DNA from: the human T2T-CHM13v2.0 reference genome, Homo sapiens | Direction: 5' to 3' (one strand) | Assembly (NCBI RefSeq): GCF_009914755.1 | Contig: NC_060946.1 | DNA length: 64,000 nucleotides | Shown: piece by piece, positions 13,421 through 23,647 of the stretch | Layout of the letters: each line of letters opens with the position of its first letter | Numbering within the stretch: the first letter of the stretch is position 1 | Notes under the pieces: model-generated | What the model was told of the DNA's origin: nothing | The model's database searches: none | What the model saw: only the letters and a program-made list of their open reading frames with translations | Translations under genes and position numbers: made by a program

Positions 13421-14388
13421 TCTGATTCTGCAAAAGCAGGTGGGAGCCCTAGAGAGAGTTCTCGTTTTTTTTTTTTTTTTTTTTTTCTTTTTTGAGATGG
13501 AGTCTCGCTTAGAGGCTCAGGATGGAGCCCAATGGAGCAATCTCGGCTCACTGCAACATCCGCTTCCTGGTTTCAGGCGATTCTCCTGCCTCAGCCTACC
13601 GAGGAGCTGGGTTAACAGGCACCCGTTATTATGCCCAGCTAATTTTTGTATTTTCATAGAGACAGGGTTTAACCATGTTGGCCACGCTGGACTCGAACTC
13701 CTGCCATCAGGTGATCCGTCAGCCTCAGCCTTTCAATGTGCCGGGATTACAGGCGTGAGCCACTGTGGCCAGCGAGTTCTCTTTTCTTTGTGAAGGGCAA
13801 GGCAAAGTGGAATGGATTCATCTAAAAGCGGAGTGCATGCCCTGGAAAGCATCATGGTTAGACCCATGTGAGACAGGTTAGTTTTACTGCGTGTGTTCTC
13901 CATGTGTTGTTGCCCATGTGTTGCTACCATGGTAATCCTGCTGAGTATGAGAGGAATCAAAGTTTCACACATTTGGTGTATGTGCTTGACTGAGGAACCA
14001 ATGGGGTGAAGCTACCATCTGTGGGATTATGACTGAACGCCTCTAAATCAGAATCCCGCCCAGAAGAAAGGATGCAGCGGCGCTGGCAAGACTCGGTTGG
14101 CCTCAGATAGCCAGTCCCCAGCCTTTGCCACCGGCCGGACGCTCCGCCCCGCTGTGCGCCAAGACCTTGCTCCGGTCTTATCATCCTAAAAAACGGGGTG
14201 CGGCCCCCCATCCTAAAAAACGGGGTGCGGCCAGAAAGGCGTTTGCTCCCTGGCCCGTCACATAACATGCTCATGGGGAATCTGATACTAAACTATTGGT
14301 AAACGCCCTGCTTCTGGGTCAGGGTTTCCTATGGAGCAGAGCAACTCCCTCACTGCAACCTATTGAAAGTCAGCCCTCCACACAAGGG
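13421..14388 (+). pseudogene. 28S rRNA pseudogene (internally deleted, Alu-interrupted)
   Basis: Aligns to this window's 28S at ~34141-34263 and then ~36091-36628 (e.g. 'gctaccatctgtgggattatgactgaacgcctctaa', 'tattgaaagtcagccctc'), with many CpG-type transitions. Confidence 0.93.
13465..13770 (-). mobile_element. AluS inserted into the 28S pseudogene, with target-site duplication
   Basis: Flanked by AGAGAGTTCTC (13453-13463) and AGCGAGTTCTC (13771-13781), which is 28S sequence. Confidence 0.88.
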
Positions 14389-17149
14389 GCTCTCAACCAG
14401 TGTGCGGGAAAGCTAGCGTTGTGGCGTGTCCTGTATAATTCAGCCCTGGACCTCTACCTTCCTTCTTCCCTCCTTTTGCCCCCGGGGACTTAGTTCCCGG
14501 GCCTGCTCAGGCCCCCCGCCCCGGAGCCCCAGGGCATGCAGGGCTGTCTCTCGCGAGATAACATTGGCGTCGGCCGTGCATTTGGGAGGGGTCGTTCCCC
14601 AACAGCAGGCTTTCCAAGATGCAGCGCTGGGGGTTGCGAGGTAGGGTTGGCGCCCCTGCTCGATGTTCCACCTCTCTGATTGAGCTTCTTTCTCCCATCC
14701 CGCTGGGAATTCCTCCACGAGTTGGGACCGGATTCTTCGAGCCTCGTGCGAATGGCTGAGGCGCGGGTGTCAGAGGTTTTGCCCCTGCAGTCCCTGCCTG
14801 AGTAGTGTTCGCGCGATGCCCGTGGGTGGCTGTTGGGGTCACAGTCCCTCTCCCCGCCTCAGGGGTGCTGGGATGAAAGACTAGCTAGTCACTACCCTTG
14901 TGTCTTTACTCCTCTTCTCTGTCCGGGTCAACCAGCGGACTGCGGGGAAATGGCTGGCAGGTCTGCCAAGTTAGACGGCCTCAAACCTGGGCCGGTTCTG
15001 TGTGATAAGGTTCCAACTGCGTCTGATCGCTTCCCTCCGCGAGCACCACATTTGGTCTTTAGGGTGGACCCTGTCGATTAGATGCTGGCGTTTGGCTTCC
15101 CGATCAGCCCGCGAATCAGCCGACTGCGGGAAGCAAGCAACATCCAGTTGACACGGCCGCGGGCTTCTCTGTCTGGAAGACCTGGGACCAGGGCCTAAGG
15201 CCCCAGTCCTCAGGTCTCTGGTCGCCGTGCCCACCTGATGTCCGCGGCAAGCGTTGGACTTGACCGTCAACTTGGGATTTCTAAGGTAGACCAGATAACT
15301 TTGGTCAGCAGCAGTACCGCCCGCATTCACTAGGTGTCGCTTTTTCCTTGCGTTGTTTCTTCCTCTCCAACTGTTTCCACAGTACTTTCAGTTTCTCTTC
15401 GTTTTGTTTTTCTTTTATTTTTCTTGCTCCTCTTTCTACACACTGAAGTTGCTGTTGTTTTACATTTACCTTTTATTTATTTGTAGTTTTTGAGGCAGGT
15501 TGGAGTGTAAGAATGCAATCTCGGCTTACAGCCGCCTCGACTTTCCAGGACTCCCTCAGGTGATCTTCCTATCTCAGCCTTCCAAGTGGCTGAGACTACA
15601 GGAATCACTTAATTCTGTGATGTCGAAGCTGAAGTGAGCCGTGATGATGCCTTGCCCTCCAGTCTGAGTGTTTCAGAAGGTAAGAGAGACAGGTTAAAGA
15701 AAAAAATTCCTTGAAATAAACTGCAATTAATTGTGATCTAAATTACCTTTTATAGTTTTTCACTCCCACGAGTTTGTTTATTATTATTGCTGCTTATTAT
15801 TTCTTTGTATTATTGTTTGTCATTATTGTTATTGTTTTTATTATTTATGTAATTATTTAGAGATGGAGTCTTCCTCTATCACCCAGAGTGCAGTGCAGTG
15901 GCGCGACTTTGGGTCACTGCAGCTTCAAATGCCTGGGTTCAAATTCGCAATATGGCGAAACACCCTGTTTACTAAAATCTGTCAATGACACCTTCAGGAC
16001 CGTTGGTTGTGGCGGCTGCAATTTCGGAGGCTGAGGAGGGCAGTTCGCTAGAGCTCGGGAGTTCAAGACAGCCTCGGAAACAGACTGCAGAGCATTTGTC
16101 TGACCAAGACCCGCTGCAGCCTCCACCTCCCGACCCCAAGCGATGTTCTCAACTCAGGCTCCAAAGGATCTGGGACCACAGGCGCCTGCCATCACAATGC
16201 CCGGATTTTTTTCTTTTCTTTTCTTTTTCAGTAGAGACGGGGTCTCACTGTGTTGCCAGGGCTGGTCTCAAAGTCCTAGGCTTTAGCAATTCTTCCAACT
16301 CAGCCTCCCAAAGTGCTGGGATTATAGGTGTGAGCCACAATGCCCTGCCCTCTTTTTTATTTCCTTCATTTTTTCTCTTTTTTTCTTTCTCTTTCTTTCT
16401 GTCTTTTCTTTTTCTTCTCTCTTTTTCTTCCTCCCTTTTTTCTCTCATTTCTCATTCTTTTTTTTTCTGTTTCTATGTCTTTTGGTTTTCTTTTTCATCT
16501 TTCTTCCGTTTACATCTCTGTCTGTCTATTTTCTTTTTCTTGATCTTCCTTACTCTCTCTCTCTTTTCTTCATTTCTTTCTTTCCATCCCTCTGTCTGTC
16601 TGTCTTTGTGTGGATTTTGGAAAATTCTCCTTATTCTGTATCTCCCTGTGTATCACAAGCCTCTGTGACTTTCACTTTGTTGTTTTTCCTCCTTGTCGCG
16701 TAAAAGGCATTCACTGCTCTTTTATTTTGGTGCTCTGTGGATGTTCGAAGGGTGGGGAAAAAGTGGTCCACGAATGTGATTGGTTTCATGAGAGACACGA
16801 GAGACAAAAGAACATATGATGATTACTTCGCTAAATGCCCTGTTTATTCTTTCAACTGCACTCATACAAGTAAGGACGCAGTTGGTGGGTTGAGAGATCT
16901 CTGTGTAGTCATGACTCTGCAATTATACTTGACGAGAGCGGTGATGATGAACGGGCGGCATGGAAACCTGCCCTTCTTTGGTGTCAGTTGAGCACAGTGA
17001 GAAGAGATTCACAATGGCCTGTATCTCAACCTGATGGTACTGTGTTTCTGCTCTGATCTTTAGGAATGAGAGAAGCATTCCCGTGCATTCCTGCAACGTC
17101 CTTGAAGTTTTCTTTTTAAACTTTTCGATTAACTAACGTATTTATTAAT

Positions 17150-17792
17150 TTATTTGAGATGGAGTCTTGTTCTGTTGGTCAGGCCATGGCGCAGTATCGG
17201 GCCACTGCAACCTCCGCCTCCCAGGTTCCAGCGATTCTCTTGCCTTAGCCTCTCGAGTAGCTGGGATAACAGGCACGTGCCACCATACCCAGCTAACTTT
17301 TACCTTTTTAGTAAAGACAGGGTTTTCCCATGTTGCCCAGGCTGGTCTTGAACTCCAACTTCCAGGAATCCTGTGGCCTCGTCCTCCCAAAGTGCTGGGA
17401 GATCCCAGGTCATCAGACTCGAGAAAGAATGTTGGTTGATATAGAAAGGCGAGACACACTGCGCCCGACCCAAATTGCTATTTTTAAAAATAAACCAGTA
17501 GGCTGGGTGCAGTGGGCCACTCCTCTCATCTCAGCAGTTTGCTAGGCGGATGTGGGAGGATTACGAGGTCAGGAGTTTGAGACCAGCCTGGCCAACATAG
17601 TCAAACTCTGTCTGTATGAAGAATACAAAAATTAACCAGGTGTGGTGTCACACACCTCTACTCCCAGCTACTCTATATGCTGAGGTAGTAGAATCTGTTG
17701 AAGCCGGGAGATGGAGATTGCAGTCAGCCCAGATCATGCCACTGGACTCCAGCTTGGGTGACAGAGTCAGATTCCATCTAAAAAAAAAAAAA
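17150..17792. mobile_element. Head-to-head Alu pair (antisense ~17150-17470, sense 17501-17792)
   Basis: Two Alu consensus matches in opposite orientation, about 30 bp apart. Confidence 0.85.
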
Positions 17793-18849
17793 GTAATTAA
17801 AAATAAGTGAGTTTCCAAGAAGAAATAGAAACCCGCAGTGACACAAACATATGCATCTCACCTTTCGAGGCAGCAATGACACTACAAACTTGTAAACTCA
17901 GTTCATTTCTTGACTGCGGACCATGGGTATTTGTGATGCTTCCTCTTGGAACATAGTTCTGTGTGACACCATACCCAGCTAACATTTGCCTTTTTAGTAG
18001 TCAGAATTTTGCTATATTGCCCAGACTGCTCTTGAACTCATGAACTCCAGGTATCCGCCCGCCCAAAAAAAAGAGTTGTGATGAAAGGAGACACACAGAT
18101 GGATTTCAGCCCTTAAAATGGTGCATGCTGCCACATTTCACAGATCTTCCCTGGGCCTTACTGGTATTTGCCCAACATAGAAATGCTTTCTAAAAAGTGA
18201 CAATTTGCTTACATAATATTTCCACAAGCGATGCCTTGGTCTGTGTTTGTTTTTACGTTTTGTTTTGTTTGTAGTTTTTACTTTACTTATCTCTTTTCAG
18301 TTGAAGTAGATTTTACCAATTTTAGGAAGATGTGTATTTTCCCCAAAACCTGTTAGCTGGTGTTTTCTTCGGTCATTAAGTAGCGATTTTCGGAATCTCT
18401 CAAGGTACAGTGAGAGCCGATTGGTATAAACTATACTTCATAAAATCTTCTTTCCTTTTCATTTTTTTTTTTTTTTTTTGTCTTTCAGGTGGAGTTTCGC
18501 TCTTATTGCCCAGGCTGGAGTTCAGTGGCGTGACCTCAGCTCACCGCAACCTCTGCCGCCTGTGTTCAAGAGATTTTCCAGTCTTCACCCTTTCGAGTAG
18601 CTGAAACCACAGGCAAACACCTCCAGGCCTGGCTAATTTTTTTTTTTTCATAGAGACTAGGTAGCTCCATAATGGTCAGGCTGGTCTAGAACACCCAACC
18701 TGAGGCGTACCACCCAACTTGACCACCCAAAGTGCTGAGATTAAAGGCATGAGCTCCGCGTCTGGCCATAACATCTTATCCTATAGAAGCCCAGAGAGGT
18801 TAGGTATGTAGTCCCTGAGACCAGCCTTCCTTGGATGAACTCCAAAGTG

Positions 18850-19792
18850 ATGGCTGAGGATTAGGGAGTGTGGGGTGGGGGCTGGAAAGTCGGTCCCCTA
18901 TTGTTGCTACCTAGGCCATGACATCCCCATACTCCCATCGCCTGCTCACCGTTTGAGATTCCCCCCCACCACCGCCTTGGTGGCTGAACTCTTACTTTAA
19001 TTTCTGTCTTTCTTCGTTTGTTGGGTTTCAGGAGGGGGTGCAGGAAAGACGGTGTGCGTGGGGAGGGGGTGTAGGGTGGGGATGGAGGGGAGCGTCCTAA
19101 GGGTCGATGTAGTGTCATGCCTCTTTCATCACCACCACCGAAGATGAAACAATAATCATCTAAATACCGCGTGTTCTCACACATAAGTGGGAACTACATA
19201 ATGAGAATGCATGCGAAGAACTAGGGGGACGAGAGACGCAGGAGCCTACCTGAGGGAGGACGTGTGGAAGGACAGACAGCTTCAGGACAAAGCAAAACGA
19301 GCAGAACACAAAAACTGTAGGGGACTGCGCTGAGAATCCGGGTGAGGAAATCATCGGCACACTGAACCCCCTACTCAGAAGTTTACCTATGAAACAATCT
19401 TGCACATGTATGCTTCAAAAACAAATAACAGTTAGGGAAGAAAGAGAGAGAGAGAGAAAGAGAGAGAGACAAGTAAAATAAAGCACCACCTCCTTGACCT
19501 GACTCAGGGCGTTTGGGGTCTTCTGGGGAAATGTTCTGAAACAATGGAGTATTTTGGTCTGTTCTTTCTTGTGTCTTTTTTTTTTTTTTTAAGACGGACT
19601 CTCGCTCAGCCACCCAGGCTGGAATGCAGTGGTGCACTGGGTTCACTGCAGCAAATATCTCCCGGGTTGAAGCGATTCTCCAGTCTCATCCTCCTGAGTG
19701 GCCGGGATTACAGTCACGCGCCATAATGCCCTGCTAATTTTTGAACATTAGTAGAGAAGGGGTATTGCCATGCTTGCGACGCTGGACTTGAA
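18850..19792 (+). repeat. Diverged paralogue of IGS segment ~42557-43527 (includes an old L1 3'UTR relic and a truncated antisense Alu)
   Basis: Colinear matches such as 'ggctgaggattaggg', 'gcgtcctaagggtcgat', 'taaataccgcgtgttctca', 'caccacctccttgacctga'. Confidence 0.9.
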
Positions 19793-19794
19793 GG

Positions 19795-19796
19795 CA
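19795..19796. other. Distal junction / rDNA array boundary
   Basis: Near-identity with the next unit (offset 43,454) begins at 'aaaatgaaaatgaaaatgaaacgc' (19796 = 63250); sequence to the left differs. It lies 3834 bp upstream of the TSS, matching the known ~4 kb position of the distal junction. Confidence 0.92.
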
Positions 19797-20243
19797 AAAT
19801 GAAAATGAAAATGAAACGCAACAAAATAATTAAAAAGTGAGTTTCTGGGGAAAAAGAAGAAAAGAAAAAAGAAAAAAACAACAAAACAGAACAACCCCAC
19901 CGTGACGTACACATACGCCTCTCGCCTTTCGAGGCCTCAAACACGTTAGGAATTATGCGTGATTTCTTTTTTTAACTTCATTTTATGTTATTATCGTGAT
20001 TGATGTTTCGAGACGGAGTCTCGGAGGCCCGCCCTCCCTGGTTGCCCAGACAACCCCGGGAGACAGACCCTGGCTGGGCCCGATTGTTCTTCTCCTTGGT
20101 CAGGGGTTTCCTTGTCTTTCTTCGTGTCTTTAACCCGCGTGGACTCTTCCGCTCGGGTTTGACAGATGGCAGCTCCACTTTAGGCCTTGTTGTTGTTGGG
20201 GACTTTCCTGATTCTCCCCAGATGTAGTGAAAGCAGGTAGATT

Positions 20244-20273
20244 TGCCTTGCCTGGCCTTGCCTGGCCTTGCCT
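20244..20273 (+). promoter_or_regulatory. RGC p53-binding element, variant copy
   Basis: TGCCTTGCCT-GGCCTTGCCT-GGCCTTGCCT; lacks the perfect RRRCWWGYYY half-site present in the downstream copy. Confidence 0.7.
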
Positions 20274-20309
20274 TTTCTTTCTTTCTTTCTTTCTTTATTA
20301 CTTTCTCTT

Positions 20310-21665
<1,356 letters not shown>

Positions 21666-22784
21666 TGTTGACTCATTTCGCTTTTTTATTTCTTTCGTTT
21701 CCACGCGTTTACTTATATGTATTAATGTAAACGTTTCTGTACGCTTATATGCAAACAACGACAACGTGTATCTCTGCATTGAATACTCTTGCGTATGGTA
21801 AATACGTATCGGTTGTATGGAAATAGACTTCTGTATGATAGATGTAGGTGTCTGTGTTATACAAATAAATACACATCGCTCTATAAAGAAGGGATCGTCG
21901 ATAAAGACGTTTATTTTACGTATGAAAAGCGTCGTATTTATGTGTGTAAATGAACGAGCGTACGTAGTTATCTCTGTTTTCTTTCTTCCTCTCCTTCGTG
22001 TTTTTCTTCCTTCCTTTCTTCCTTTCTCTCCTTCTTTAGGTTTTTCTTCCTCTCTTCCTTTCCTTCTTTCTCTCTTTCTGTCCTTTTTTCCTTCGTGCTT
22101 TATTTCTCTTTCGTTCCCTGTGTTTCCTTCTTTTTTCTTTCCTCTCTGTTTCTTTTTCCCTTCTTTCCTTCGTTTCTTTCCTCATTCTTTCTCTCTTTTT
22201 CGTGTTTCTTTCCTTCCCGTCTGTCTTTTAAAAAATGGAGTGTTTCAGAAGTTTACTTTGTGTATCTACGTTTTCTAAATTGTCTCTCTTTTCTCCATTT
22301 TCTTCCTCCCTCCCTCCCTCCCTCCCTCCCTGCTCCCTTCCCTCCCTCCTTCCCTTTCGCCATCTGTCTCTTTTCCCCACTCCCCTCCCCCCGTCTGTCT
22401 CTGCGTGGATTCCGGAAGAGCCTACGCATTCTGCCTCTCCGTGTGTCTGCAGCGACCCGCGACCGAGTCCTTGTGTGTTCTTTCTCCCTCCCTCCCTCCC
22501 TCCCTCCCTCCCTCCCTCCCTGCTTCCGAGAGGCATCTCCAAACACCCACGCGCCGTGGGTTGTCTTCTGACTCTGTCGCGGTCGAGGCAGAGACGCGTT
22601 TTGGGCACCGTTTGTGTGGGGTTGGGGCAGAGGGGCTGCGTTTTCGGCCTCGGGAAGAGCTTCTCGACTCACGGTTTCGCTTTCGCGGTCCACGGGCCGC
22701 CCTGCCAGCCGGATCTGTCTCGCTGACGTCCGCGGCGGTTGTCGGGCTCCATCTGGCGGCCGCTTTGAGATCGTGCTCTCGGCT

Positions 22785-22960
22785 TCCGGAGCTGCGGTGG
22801 CAGCTGCCGAGGGAGGGGACCGTCCCCGCTGTGAGCTAGGCAGAGCTCCGGAAAGCCCGCGGTCGTCAGCCCGGCTGGCCCGGTGGCGCCAGAGCTGTGG
22901 CGCGTCGCTTGTGAGTCACAGCTCTGGCGTGCAGGTTTATGTGGGGGAGAGGCTGTCGCT
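22785..22960 (+). promoter_or_regulatory. Putative CTCF boundary / spacer promoter region
   Basis: CTCF-like 'gctgcggtggcagc' (~22791) and 'gcccggtggcgcc' (~22878) lie 700-850 bp upstream of the TSS, just before a Sal box. The position agrees with published rDNA maps; exact limits are inferred. Confidence 0.5.
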
Positions 22961-22999
22961 GCGCTTCTGGGCCCGCGGCGGGCGTGGGGCTGCCCGGGC

Positions 23000-23010
23000 C
23001 GGTCGACCAG
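23000..23010 (+). terminator. Sal box-like TTF-I site downstream of the spacer promoter (Tsp)
   Basis: cGGTCGACCAG versus human consensus GGGTCGACCAG. Confidence 0.7.
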
Positions 23011-23453
23011 CGCGCCGTAGCTCCCGAGGCCCGAGCCGCGACCCGCGGGGACCCGCCGCGCGTGGCGCGGGAGGCTGGGGACGCCCTTCCCGGCCCGGTC
23101 GCGGGTCCGCGCTCATCCTGGCCGTCTGAGGCGGCGGCCGAATTCGTTTCCGAGTCCCCGTGGGGAGCCGGGGACCGTCCCGCCCCCGTCCCCCGGGTGC
23201 CGGGGAGCGGTCCCTCTGCCGCGATCCTTTCTGGCGAGTCCCCGTGCGGAGTCGGAGAGCGCTCCCTGAGCGCGCGTGCGGCCCGAGAGGTCGCGCCTGG
23301 CCGGCCTTCGGTCCCTCGTGTGTCCCGGTCGTAGGAGGGGCCGGCCGAAAATGCTTCCGGCTCCCGCTCTGGAGACACGGGCCGGCCCCCTGCGTGTGGC
23401 ACGGGCGGCCGGGAGGGCGTCCCCGGCCCGGCGCTGCTCCCGCGTGTGTCCTG

Positions 23454-23464
23454 GGGTTGACCAG
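23454..23464 (+). terminator. Promoter-proximal terminator T0
   Basis: GGGTTGACCAG about 170 bp upstream of the TSS. Confidence 0.75.
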
Positions 23465-23473
23465 AGGGCCCCG

Positions 23474-23647
23474 GGCGCTCCGTGTGTGGCTGCGATGGTG
23501 GCGTTTTTGGGGACAGGTGTCCGTGTCGCGCGTCGCCTGGGCCGGCGGCGTGGTCGGTGACGCGACCTCCCGGCCCCGGGGGAGGTATATCTTTCGCTCC
23601 GAGTCGGCATTTTGGGCCGCCGGGTTATTGCTGACACGCTGTCCTCT
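23474..23647 (+). promoter_or_regulatory. RNA polymerase I 47S promoter (UCE ~23474-23523; core ~23585-23647; TSS 23630)
   Basis: 'ggaggtatatctttcgctccgag...gggttatt|GCTGACACGCTGTCCTCTGG' is the human 47S start. Confidence 0.93.
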
